A stretch of 31,902 bases of DNA from an uncultured bacterium (GCA_964610135.1 CAZSUX010000002.1:1-31902); one strand, 5' to 3'. Shown: positions 16,201 to 23,752, numbered from the stretch's first letter. Notes: generated from the letters alone by a model not told the origin. Translations and numbers: made by a program.

Positions 16201-17793
16201 ATCCGTACCGCTATCGAGGAACACAGGCTCAACCGCGTCGTTGTCGCGTCCTGCACGCCGCGGACGCACGAGCCGCTGTTCCAGGAAACGCTGGCCGAGG
16301 CCGGCCTGAACCCGTACTTGTTCGCGATGGCCAACATCCGTGACCAGTGCTCGTGGGTCCACATGCAGGAGCCGGACGAGGCGACCGAGAAATCGAAGGA
16401 GCTGGTTAGGATGGCGGTGGCCAACTCGCGACTGCTCCGTCCGCTCTCGTCATCGCCGCAGGCGATCGTTCAGAAGGCGCTTGTCATCGGTGGCGGGCTG
16501 GCCGGGATGACCTCGGCAATCGCGGTTGCCGACCAGGGATTTGAAACCTTCCTTGTCGAGAAGGGTGACCGACTGGGCGGCAACCTGCTCAACCTGAGAT
16601 ACACCGAGACCGGCGATGACTTGGTCAGCTACGTGGCACGGCTGGAGCAGCGGCTGAGGGCCCACCCGTTGGTGAAGGTCTTCACCGGCGCCGAGTTGAC
16701 TGCTGTCACGGGCTACGTTGGTAACTACAAAACGACGGTCCAGAGGGAAGGACAAAGGACGAAGAACGAAGGGCAGAGCCAGGACGGATCCGAGGTCATC
16801 GAACATGGCGTCTTCATCGTCGCCACCGGTGCGGAGGAGTACCGGCCGACCGAATTCCTCTACGGCAAGGACCCACGTGTCCTTACCCAGACTGAGTTTG
16901 AGCAAGTCCTCTCCGGTTCACCTTCACTTGATCCCTCGACCCCTCGACCTCTTGATCCCTCTTCTCTCAAGCACGTAGTGATGGTCCAGTGTGTCGGGTC
17001 GCGGGAGAAAGAGCATCCATGGTGTTCGCGCATTTGCTGCACCGAGGCGGTGAAGAACGCGCTCAAACTGAAGAGCATCAGCCCGAAGGCGAATGTCTAT
17101 GTTCTATATCGGGACATGCGTACCTACGGGTTCAAGGAGAAGCTGTACCGCGACGCGCGCGAGGCAGGTGTGATGTTCGTCCGATTCGACCCGGAGACGA
17201 AGCCGGAGGTGACGAGCGCCGACGGCCGGCTGCACGTGTCGGTGTACGACCCGGTACTGCAGCGCCGGCTCGGCATCAACGCCGACCTGCTGGTGCTGTC
17301 GGCCGGCGTGGTCCCGGCGAAGTCGAACCACGACATCGGGCAACTGCTCAAGGTCCCGCTCAACGAGGACGGTTTCTTCCTCGAAGCGCATATGAAACTC
17401 AGGCCGGTGGATTTCACGACCCGCGGCGTGTTCATGGCCGGCATGGCGCACAGCCCGCGCCGGATACCCGAGACCGTGGCTCAGGCGTACGCGGCCGCGG
17501 CGCGCGCCTGCTCGATAATCTCGCACAAGGAGCTTTCGACCGAGGCGGTCGTGGCCGAGGTGAACCCGCGTTGGTGTACGGGCTGCGGCATGTGCGAGGA
17601 GATTTGTCAGTACGAGGCGGTGCGGCTCAACCCCGTGACCGGTAAGTCCGAGGTGACGGCGGTGCTGTGCCAGGGCTGCGGCGCGTGCGCGGCCGCCTGT
17701 CCGTCGGAGGCGATAAAGCTCAAGGGCTTCGAGGCGAAGAATGTCATTTCGATGGTCGACGCGGCATTGGAAGGGTGTGGAATAGATGGCTAA
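13216..17793 (+). CDS. hdrA: HdrL-type large HdrA: two HdrA FAD modules plus a GltD/NfnB-like pyridine-nucleotide oxidoreductase insert
   Basis: GSGIGG and DKTFPTNDCSMC; insert CRLACP...GICGRVCHHPCEQECNR...GAGPAG...GGGNVAVD...GVFAGGD; YCSSVCCMY; internal GVFICNCG; second GGGLAG; WCSRICC; C-terminal ferredoxin. Confidence 0.9.
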   Translation: MTSDQVPVTSPEPANGPVGAVLVVGSGIGGIQAALELGDAGFKVYLLDEGPAIGGVMAMLDKTFPTNDCSMCILSPKLVGTGRHQNIELVNYSELLSLDGEPGRFKAKIRRKPRFVLLDKCTGCMDCTKVCPVEVPDEYNQKLAMRRATYKLYPQAIPNAVAIEKNEGKAPCRLACPSGVNAQGYVALISQRKFKEAYELVRERLPFPGICGRVCHHPCEQECNRKEYESPVSIRTLKRFAADYVYSNKIEYPVIKAPAAERSEQVAVVGAGPAGLTCALDLRAKGYKVTVFDATDKPGGMMRWGIPAYRLPRETLDREIKDITDTGVDLKLKSPVNGTAGVQNLLGQGFSAAFVALGCSKSRTLKIDGMDLDGVLHGIEFLRDVNAGKKPAVGKRVVVIGGGNVAVDVALCARRLGAEDVTMTCLECREEMPAHEWEISDATAEGVKLNPSWGPQAVAGENGKVTGLRTIECTRVFDDAHKFNPQFGCVEGFVPADTVILAIGQAVDADGFDGFERGPGGTFKVNPLTFETTLPGVFAGGDMVSGPASVIEAVNAGHEAAISIDRFINRQDLAEGRAKPKEQAAKAEESAAARAKIERRERAEEVSLPASERVADFREVAQGFTEEQAVAEAQRCLNCGICCECLQCVTACEAKAIDHTQTASEEELEVGAVVLSAGFKEYKPTGEYGYGYGRYPNVVTSLEFERILSASGPYEGHVKRPSDLTQPKKVAWIQCVGSRNAEHYYCSSVCCMYATKEAVIAREHCGGNLDCHVYYMDMRCFGKDFEKYYDRAKDEYGVQFRRCKVSAVQRKGQRTRDEGQSPDGTDEDLLISYEDEAGTLREEEYDMVVVSTALAANPRAVEMAKRIGVATDDQGFVKTDRFEPVLTDRPGVYACGALAEPKDIPETVTEATGAAGAVAVLLAPARNTLVRPKVYPPFRDVSGEEPRIGVFICNCGINIGGVVKVPSVVEYARTLPNVVFVDENLFTCSQDTQQKIRTAIEEHRLNRVVVASCTPRTHEPLFQETLAEAGLNPYLFAMANIRDQCSWVHMQEPDEATEKSKELVRMAVANSRLLRPLSSSPQAIVQKALVIGGGLAGMTSAIAVADQGFETFLVEKGDRLGGNLLNLRYTETGDDLVSYVARLEQRLRAHPLVKVFTGAELTAVTGYVGNYKTTVQREGQRTKNEGQSQDGSEVIEHGVFIVATGAEEYRPTEFLYGKDPRVLTQTEFEQVLSGSPSLDPSTPRPLDPSSLKHVVMVQCVGSREKEHPWCSRICCTEAVKNALKLKSISPKANVYVLYRDMRTYGFKEKLYRDAREAGVMFVRFDPETKPEVTSADGRLHVSVYDPVLQRRLGINADLLVLSAGVVPAKSNHDIGQLLKVPLNEDGFFLEAHMKLRPVDFTTRGVFMAGMAHSPRRIPETVAQAYAAAARACSIISHKELSTEAVVAEVNPRWCTGCGMCEEICQYEAVRLNPVTGKSEVTAVLCQGCGACAAACPSEAIKLKGFEAKNVISMVDAALEGCGIDG
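13217..13244. repeat. Heptamer array (4 units) forming the first codons of hdrL
   Basis: TGACCAG TGACCAG GTACCAG TGACCAG; translates as MTSDQVPVTS. Confidence 0.75.
15640..15692. repeat. 53-bp in-frame module, copy 1 (4 heptamers GGACRAR)
   Basis: CAGAGGAAG GGACAAA GGACGAG GGACGAA GGACAAA GCCCGGACGGGACCGA; peptide QRKGQRTRDEGQSPDGTD. Confidence 0.8.
16741..16793. repeat. 53-bp in-frame module, copy 2
   Basis: CAGAGGGAA GGACAAA GGACGAA GAACGAA GGGCAGA GCCAGGACGGATCCGA; 44/53 identical to 15640-15692; peptide QREGQRTKNEGQSQDGSE. Confidence 0.8.
16927..16958. repeat. Octamer array (4 units) in frame in hdrL
   Basis: CTTGATCC CTCGACCC CTCGACCT CTTGATCC; peptide LDPSTPRPLDP just before VVMVQCVG. 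Confidence 0.8.
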
Positions 17794-18208
17794 TTACGAA
17801 CCTAAGATTGTTGGATTTCTCTGCAACTGGTGCACTTATGCGGGGGCGGACCTCGCCGGCACGTCACGTATGCAGTACCCGCCGAATATGCGACCGATAC
17901 GGGTGATGTGCTCGGGTGCAGTCGACTCGGTGTACGTCCTGCGCGCCCTGCTCGAGGGCGCGGACGGTGTGTTTATTGGTGGCTGTCACCCCGGCGACTG
18001 CCACTACGTCTCGGGCAACTACAAGGCGCGGCGCCGGATGGTGCTGTTCAACTCGGTGATGCAGTCGCTCGGCCTCGAGTCCGACCGCGTCTGGCTGCGC
18101 TGGATTTCCGCGGCCGAGGGCCGGAAGTTCGCCGATACGGTTACCGAGATGACCGTCCACCTCCGCGAGAAGGGGCCGAGTGCCTTCAAAGAGAAGTGGG
18201 AAGTGTGA
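17786..18208 (+). CDS. mvhD: MvhD/FlxD-family [2Fe-2S] adaptor subunit
   Basis: FLCNWCTYAGAD, RVMCSG, GCHPGDCHY, WISAAEG. Confidence 0.92.
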   Translation: MANYEPKIVGFLCNWCTYAGADLAGTSRMQYPPNMRPIRVMCSGAVDSVYVLRALLEGADGVFIGGCHPGDCHYVSGNYKARRRMVLFNSVMQSLGLESDRVWLRWISAAEGRKFADTVTEMTVHLREKGPSAFKEKWEV

Positions 18209-18215
18209 GGGAGCG

Positions 18216-19334
18216 ATGAAGGGAACACTTAAGGTAGACGCGAAGAACCCCGAGGCGGCAATCCGCGGCCTGTTCGCGAAGTGGTTGAAGGACAGCAGGC
18301 TCTCCGCGATTCTCACGCCGGCGTATTCGGCAGCAGGCACCGCCACGATGGCGCTTGTCTCCGACCCGGAGAAGCTGGCCGAGGCCGCGCCGCTGATGCC
18401 GGCGATGGGCGTCAACTCGGCGTCAATCGTGGCCGAGATTGCCCGCGAGGCTTCCCCGAATGCGAAAGTCGGGTTGTTCCTGCGGCCGTGCGAGCTGCGG
18501 GCTGTAGTCGAGTTGATGAAGCTGAAGCAAGTAGTGCCCGACAGCCTCGTGCTCATCGGCGTTGACTGCCCGGGTACGTACAAGGCGGCCGGGTTCCGCG
18601 ACGTGCGCGGCAAGGACGCGGATTTCGACAACAAGCACGCGCTCGAACAGGCGGGCTATGCCGACAACGTGAACTTCCGGATGGGCTGCCAGCTCTGCGA
18701 GTATCCGAAGCCGCTCGTCTTCGACCTGAATGTCGGGTTCATCGGGATGGACGTCGACAAGGAGCTCTGGCTCGAGGCCGCCACTGACAAGGGCAAGGCG
18801 CTGCTCGAGGGAGTCGAACTGAAGGCGCAGGACGAACCGGAGAAGCGGAAGAAGGCGCTGGAGGGCCTGAGCGCCGGCCGGAAGGCGAAGACGGCCGCCC
18901 GTATCGAGGAACTGGACAAGGCAATGCTGGGACCGGACAAGCTCGTCGCGTACTTCGCTGACTGCCTCAACTGCCATAACTGCATGAAGGTCTGCCCGGT
19001 CTGCTATTGCCGAGAGTGCTTCTTCGATTCCGACACGTTCCAGCGCGACATCGGCGAGCACGTCCGTGTCTCCCTGCGCAAAGGCGCGACCCGGATGCCG
19101 TCCGAGACTCTTCTGTTCCATCTGACCCGTATGAACCATATGATGGCTTCGTGTGTGCAGTGCGGCATCTGCGAGGACTCGTGCCCGGTGACCATTGGCC
19201 TTGCTACTTTGTTCAAGAAGGTCTCGCAGAACGCACAGAAGGAGTTCGACTACGTGTCCGGGCGTAACCTGGATGAACCGCTGCCGCTGGCGACGTTCCG
19301 CGAGTCCGAATTCCTCAAGGTAGGGGAAGAATAG
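18216..19334 (+). CDS. FdhB/FrhB-related 4Fe-4S dicluster protein (FlxC-like paralog)
   Basis: RPCELRA, IGVDCPG, CQLCEYP, CLNCHNCMKVCPVCYCRECFF, FHLTRMNH, CVQCGICEDSCP. SD GAGGGA before ATG 18216. Confidence 0.8.
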   Translation: MKGTLKVDAKNPEAAIRGLFAKWLKDSRLSAILTPAYSAAGTATMALVSDPEKLAEAAPLMPAMGVNSASIVAEIAREASPNAKVGLFLRPCELRAVVELMKLKQVVPDSLVLIGVDCPGTYKAAGFRDVRGKDADFDNKHALEQAGYADNVNFRMGCQLCEYPKPLVFDLNVGFIGMDVDKELWLEAATDKGKALLEGVELKAQDEPEKRKKALEGLSAGRKAKTAARIEELDKAMLGPDKLVAYFADCLNCHNCMKVCPVCYCRECFFDSDTFQRDIGEHVRVSLRKGATRMPSETLLFHLTRMNHMMASCVQCGICEDSCPVTIGLATLFKKVSQNAQKEFDYVSGRNLDEPLPLATFRESEFLKVGEE

Positions 19335-19336
19335 GG

Positions 19337-20137
19337 ATGGAAGAGACAAAGGGACAAAGGGACAAAGTGGCTGGGAGTCCGACTTCTTCACTAGGTCCCT
19401 TGATTCCTCGATCCCTTGATCCCTCTTCCGCAGAACTGCTCGTCAACGACCTCGACACTGAGTTCAAGACCCGGCTGGCTGAGAAGTACGGCGACACTGG
19501 GTTCATGCACTGCTTTTCCTGCGGGTCGTGTTCGGCATCCTGCCCGGTGCGGAAGCTTGATGAGAAGTACAACCCGAGGCGCATCATCCGGATGGCGATA
19601 CTCGGTATGAAGGATGAAGTCTACAAGTCCGAGTTCGTCTGGATGTGCTCCTACCACACGACCTGCCTGAACCGCTGCCCCCAGAAGGTGAACATCGGCG
19701 AGGTGGCCGATGCGGTCTCGCGCATGGCGGAAGAGGAGCGCAAGCGGCCGGCTTCCCACAAGGGCAAGGTGACGCAGGCGGAGCGGGACCGGGACTTCAA
19801 GCAGCAGGTGATGAAGGCGGCCAGCAGCGTTTCGGCCTGTTTCACCTGCGGTTCCTGCACCGCGGTCTGCCCGGAGACGCTGTTCGACCCGGAGAAGGAC
19901 CCGCGGCGGTTCATCCGCAAGGTCAACCTCGGGTTGCGGGACGAGGCGCTGGCCGACGAATTCAAGGATATCTGCGCGATTCACTACCGCTGCATCTCGC
20001 GCTGCCCGCAGGGAGTGCAGATCAGCAAGATCATGAATGCCATCAAGCAGTGCGCAGTGGAAGATGGCCACAGCTACCCGGCGTCACTGGCGGCGCTTGA
20101 GAAAGCGGACCGGTCGAAGTCAGGTGCTAGAAGCTAG
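19337..20137 (+). CDS. Tandem (double) HdrC-like protein; second cluster motif of each domain is CxxHxxCxxxCP
   Basis: Domain 1 CFSCGSCSASCP / CSYHTTCLNRCP; domain 2 CFTCGSCTAVCP / CAIHYRCISRCP; NPRRIIR and DPRRFIR linkers as in HdrC. Confidence 0.8.
   Translation: MEETKGQRDKVAGSPTSSLGPLIPRSLDPSSAELLVNDLDTEFKTRLAEKYGDTGFMHCFSCGSCSASCPVRKLDEKYNPRRIIRMAILGMKDEVYKSEFVWMCSYHTTCLNRCPQKVNIGEVADAVSRMAEEERKRPASHKGKVTQAERDRDFKQQVMKAASSVSACFTCGSCTAVCPETLFDPEKDPRRFIRKVNLGLRDEALADEFKDICAIHYRCISRCPQGVQISKIMNAIKQCAVEDGHSYPASLAALEKADRSKSGARS
19343..19423. repeat. Imperfectly inverted pair of octamer arrays at the start of the tandem hdrC gene
   Basis: GAGACAAA GGGACAAA GGGACAAA (19343-19366), spacer, TAGGTCCC TTGATTCC TCGATCCC TTGATCCC (19392-19423). 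Confidence 0.75.
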
Positions 20138-20146
20138 AGCAAGCAC

Positions 20147-20548
20147 GTGACAGACGAAGCCAAAAGCCAAGAGCCAAAAGCCAAAAGTCAAAGCAGCGGA
20201 CCGGCTGACTTACGTGACAGGCTGCTTGATTTCGCTGCGAGTTGCTTGAAGCTTGGCGGTCGGCTGACGCGGACGACCCCGGGCCGGTATGTGGCCGGGC
20301 AGTTGATGCGTTCCAGCGCTTCTGCCGGGGCGAACTACATGGAGGCACGCGGCGCGGAGAGCCGCGCCGATTTCGTCCACAAGCTCCAGGTGGCACTCAA
20401 GGAAGCCAAGGAATCCCAGTACTGGCTCGCTCTCGTCGTCCGAGCGGAACTACTCAATCCCGGCTTTGTTCAGGTTCTGGCCGACGAAGCAGACGCTTTG
20501 GTTCGAATCCTCGCGAAGTCGGTCGTTACCGCCAAAGGACACAGATGA
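20147..20548 (+). CDS. Four-helix bundle protein (23S rRNA intervening-sequence protein / Avd-like family)
   Basis: DLRDRLLDFA...GQLMRSSASAGANYMEA...SRADFVHKLQVALKEAKESQYWL...EADALVRIL matches the family pattern QL.RS..S..AN..EA....S..DF..KL.I..KEA.E..YWL. Confidence 0.9.
   Translation: MTDEAKSQEPKAKSQSSGPADLRDRLLDFAASCLKLGGRLTRTTPGRYVAGQLMRSSASAGANYMEARGAESRADFVHKLQVALKEAKESQYWLALVVRAELLNPGFVQVLADEADALVRILAKSVVTAKGHR
20157..20191. repeat. Left heptamer array of the four-helix-bundle cassette
   Basis: AAGCCAA AAGCCAA GAGCCAA AAGCCAA AAGTCAA. Confidence 0.9.
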
Positions 20549-20553
20549 CGGTT

Positions 20554-20588
20554 TTGCGTCTTGGCTTTTGGCCTTTGGCTTTTAACTT
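20554..20588. repeat. Right (inverted) heptamer array of the four-helix-bundle cassette
   Basis: TTGCGTC TTGGCTT TTGGCCT TTGGCTT TTAACTT; TTGGCTT is the exact reverse complement of AAGCCAA. Confidence 0.9.
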
Positions 20589-20605
20589 GACTCCGGAGTT
20601 CCATC

Positions 20606-23600
20606 ATGCCTGAGCCTTCGACTGGCAAGATCGGTGCTGTATTGGTTGTCGGCGGAGGAATCGGTGGCGTGCAGTCTGCGCTCGACCTGGCCGATTCCGG
20701 CTACAAGGTCTATCTGGTTGACCGTGCACCAGCCATCGGCGGCATCATGGCGATGCTCGACAAGACCTTCCCGACCAACGACTGCTCCATGTGCATCCTC
20801 TCACCCAAGCTGGTCGCTGCCGGACGGCACAAGGACATCGAACTGATGACCCTGACCGAGGTGCTGGGAGTCGAGGGAGAGCCGGGCAACTTCAAGGTTC
20901 GGCTCAAGCGCCATGCCCGCTCAGTCGACCTGTCGAAATGCACCGGCTGCGGCGACTGCTTGACCAAGTGTCCGGTCAAAGACCTGCCGAACGAGTTTGA
21001 GGGCGGACTTTCGAATCGCCGCGCCATCTACCGTCTCTACGCGCAGGCAGTGCCGAACGCGCCGATGATTGACCGCGAGCATTGCCTGAAGTTCACCAAG
21101 GACAAGTGCGGTGCCTGCCAGAAGACGTGCAAGGCCGGCGCCATCGACTACGCTCAGCAGGATGAGGAGTTCACGGTCGAGGTCGGCTCAGTCGTGGTCG
21201 CCGCCGGCTCGAAGATAGCGCCGACCGCACTCCGGCCCGAGTACGGCCACGGCCGATACCCCAACGTCGTGTCCAGCCTCCAGTTCGAGCGGATCCTGTC
21301 TGCGTCCGGGCCATACGGCGGTCACGTCAAACGTCCGTCCGACGGCAAGGCGCCGAAGAAGGTCGCGTGGCTGCAGTGCGTCGGGTCGCGTGACGACTCA
21401 GTCGAGCGCGGTTATTGCTCGGCGATGTGCTGCATGTACGCAGTCAAAGAGGCGGTCATTACGAAGGAACACTCGAGCAATGTCGAGCCGACCGTCTTCT
21501 ACATGGACATGCGTTCGTACGGCAAGGACTTCGACAAGTACGTCGACCGGGCCGAGCAGCAGTATGGAGTCCGTCTGGTCCGCGCTCGCGTCCCGGAAAT
21601 CCGCGAGGACCCGGGTACGCACAACCTCACACTCCGCTACGCCTCGGACGGAGGCAGCTTTGCCGAGGAGTTTGAAATGGTCGTGCTCTCCTGCGGCTTC
21701 GTGCCGCCGCCCGAACTCGTGGACCTGGGCAAACGGCTCGACTTCGAGCTGGACAGATACGGGTTCGCCGCCACCGACGATTGGGCGCCCGCTCGGACGA
21801 GCCGCCCCGGCGTCAGTGTGGCCGGCAGTTTTGCCCAGCCGATGGCTATCCCGGAGACTGTGACCGGCGCGTCGGGAGCGGCCGCTGCGGCCGAGGAGAT
21901 TCTCGCGGCTGAGCGCGGCCGTTTGGTCGCAGTCAAGGAGATGGCGGCTGAGACCGACGTGCGCGGGGAGGCGCCGAGGATAGGCGTGTTCGTCTGCCAC
22001 TGCGGCATCAACATCGGCGGAGTCGTGCGCGTCCCGGAAGTCGTCGAGTTCGCCCGGACCCTGCCTCACGTGGCCTATGCCGAGGAGAACCTGTACTCAT
22101 GCTCGGGCGACACCCAGGACAAGATCAGGGACCGGATCCGCGAGCACCGGCTCAACCGGGTAGTGGTTGCTTCCTGCTCGCCTCGGACTCACGAGCCGCT
22201 GTTCCAGGCCACGGTCGCCGAGGCGGGTCTGAACCCGCACCTGTTCGCGATGACCAACATCCGCGACCAGTGCTCGTGGGTGCACATGAAGGAGCCGGAC
22301 AAGGCGACTGAGAAGTCCAAGGACCTGGTGAAGATGGCGGTCGCACGGGCCATGCGCCTGAAGGCGCTGCCCAAGGTCAAACTGCCCGTGACCAGAGCTG
22401 GATTGGTCGTCGGTGGCGGCATCGCCGGCATGACGGCGGCTCTGTCTTTGGCCGGAGAGGGATTCGATGCATTCCTGGTCGAGCAGGACAAAGAACTCGG
22501 CGGGAATGCCCGCAGCATCGCCCGTACCGTCGAGGGCGACGACGTGCAGAAGCGTTTGAAGGAACTGGCGGACAAGGTCACCAGCCATCCTCGCATCAAG
22601 ACGTTCCTCAATGCGCGCATCAAGGCGATAGACGGCTTTGTCGGCAACTACCAGACCACGCTTGAGGGTGAGGGCACCGTCCTGAAGCACGGAGTCGTGG
22701 TGGTGGCGACGGGCGCGCAATACCGCACACCGACCGAGTACTGCTACGGCCAGAGTTCTCGCATCGTGAGCCAGAAGGAACTGGAAGAGATGATCGAGGG
22801 GTCCAAGGGTCCACGGGTTGGCCTCAGCGGCCTCCGTCAGACGGCGCAGGGGGCCAGGCCTTCGGAGTCACCCGAACCCCGGAACCCCCGAACCCTGGAA
22901 CCCACCTCGCTTCGCTCGGTGGTCATGATCCAGTGCGTTGGGTCGCGCGAGGCTGACCGGCCCTACTGCTCGCGCATCTGCTGCACCGAAGCAGTGAAGA
23001 ACGCGCTGGCAATCAAGGAACTGAACCCCGAGACCGACGTCTGCGTCCTCTATCGCGACATCCGTACCTACGGCATGCGTGAGGAGTACTATCGGCAGGC
23101 GCGCGAGAAAGGTGTCGTCTTCATTCGCTTTGCGCCGGAGACCAAGCCCGATGTACGGGTCGTCGACGGCCGGCCGATTGTCACTGTCAACGACCCGATA
23201 CTGGGCCGGGAAATCGAACTTCAGCCGGATATCCTCGCGCTGTCGTCCGGAATCGTGCCGCAGTCCGGCTCCGAGGGACTGGCCCAGATGCTCAAGGTAC
23301 CGTTGAACAGCGATGGGTTTTTCCTCGAGGCCCATATGAAGCTGCGGCCGGTGGATTTCGCCACCGACGGTGTGTTCATGGCCGGGCTGTGCCACTTCCC
23401 CAAGTTCATCGACGAGGCTACTGCCCAGGCCCAGGCTGCTGCCAGCCGGGCCGCCACGATACTGTCCCGCGACACGCTCGATGCGGAAGCAACGGTAGCC
23501 AACGTGGACCCGGCCAAGTGCTCGGCCTGTCACATGTGCGAAGGGCTCTGTGCCTACCATGCCATCGAAGTGAAGGTCGTGAACGAACGCACCGGCAAGC

Positions 23601-23734
23601 AGGCCGCGGTCGTCAACGAAGCGATGTGCAAAGGCTGCGGCGCCTGCGCCGCCAACTGCCGCTCGCTGGCCATCGATATCCGCGGCTTCCAGTCCGATAA
23701 CATCAGCCGCGAAATCGCGGCGCTGCTGGACTAA
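20606..23734 (+). CDS. hdrA: HdrA-like protein with two FAD modules (no GltD insert)
   Basis: GGGIGG, DKTFPTNDCSMC, ferredoxin insert, YCSAMCCMY, internal GVFVCHCG, GGGIAG, YCSRICC, C-terminal CSACHMC/CKGCGAC; paralogous to 13216-17793. Confidence 0.92.
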   Translation: MPEPSTGKIGAVLVVGGGIGGVQSALDLADSGYKVYLVDRAPAIGGIMAMLDKTFPTNDCSMCILSPKLVAAGRHKDIELMTLTEVLGVEGEPGNFKVRLKRHARSVDLSKCTGCGDCLTKCPVKDLPNEFEGGLSNRRAIYRLYAQAVPNAPMIDREHCLKFTKDKCGACQKTCKAGAIDYAQQDEEFTVEVGSVVVAAGSKIAPTALRPEYGHGRYPNVVSSLQFERILSASGPYGGHVKRPSDGKAPKKVAWLQCVGSRDDSVERGYCSAMCCMYAVKEAVITKEHSSNVEPTVFYMDMRSYGKDFDKYVDRAEQQYGVRLVRARVPEIREDPGTHNLTLRYASDGGSFAEEFEMVVLSCGFVPPPELVDLGKRLDFELDRYGFAATDDWAPARTSRPGVSVAGSFAQPMAIPETVTGASGAAAAAEEILAAERGRLVAVKEMAAETDVRGEAPRIGVFVCHCGINIGGVVRVPEVVEFARTLPHVAYAEENLYSCSGDTQDKIRDRIREHRLNRVVVASCSPRTHEPLFQATVAEAGLNPHLFAMTNIRDQCSWVHMKEPDKATEKSKDLVKMAVARAMRLKALPKVKLPVTRAGLVVGGGIAGMTAALSLAGEGFDAFLVEQDKELGGNARSIARTVEGDDVQKRLKELADKVTSHPRIKTFLNARIKAIDGFVGNYQTTLEGEGTVLKHGVVVVATGAQYRTPTEYCYGQSSRIVSQKELEEMIEGSKGPRVGLSGLRQTAQGARPSESPEPRNPRTLEPTSLRSVVMIQCVGSREADRPYCSRICCTEAVKNALAIKELNPETDVCVLYRDIRTYGMREEYYRQAREKGVVFIRFAPETKPDVRVVDGRPIVTVNDPILGREIELQPDILALSSGIVPQSGSEGLAQMLKVPLNSDGFFLEAHMKLRPVDFATDGVFMAGLCHFPKFIDEATAQAQAAASRAATILSRDTLDAEATVANVDPAKCSACHMCEGLCAYHAIEVKVVNERTGKQAAVVNEAMCKGCGACAANCRSLAIDIRGFQSDNISREIAALLD
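22794..22902. repeat. Inverted pair of octamer arrays in frame in the third hdrA
   Basis: TCGAGGGG TCCAAGGG TCCACGGG (22794-22817), 53-nt spacer, CCCGAACC CCGGAACC CCCGAACC CTGGAACC (22871-22902). Confidence 0.8.
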
Positions 23735-23752
23735 ACGATGGGAGAATCGCAC

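Larger units (their letters stand above)
20157..20588 (+). mobile_element. Putative minimal element: inverted heptamer arrays enclosing a four-helix-bundle gene
   Basis: A non-redox gene bracketed by inverted arrays in the middle of an otherwise purely redox operon. No transposase or target-site duplication seen, so mobility is inferred only. Confidence 0.35.

Noticed and set aside
12391-16362. Long antisense ORFs (491 aa, 819 aa), and similar ones at 18423-19391, 22868-24322, 26980-28224, 28524-29696 and 29852-31099
   Set aside because: Shadow frames opposite well-supported high-GC3 genes; no recognisable motifs.
20147-20548. Diversity-generating retroelement, because the protein is Avd-like
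   Set aside because: No reverse transcriptase and no template/variable repeat pair with adenine-specific mismatches in the window.
13384-20787. 41-bp exact direct repeat between hdrL (13384-13424) and the third hdrA (20747-20787)
   Set aside because: Encodes the conserved MAMLDKTFPTNDC motif in paralogs with strong codon bias; explained by homology and not good evidence of gene conversion.
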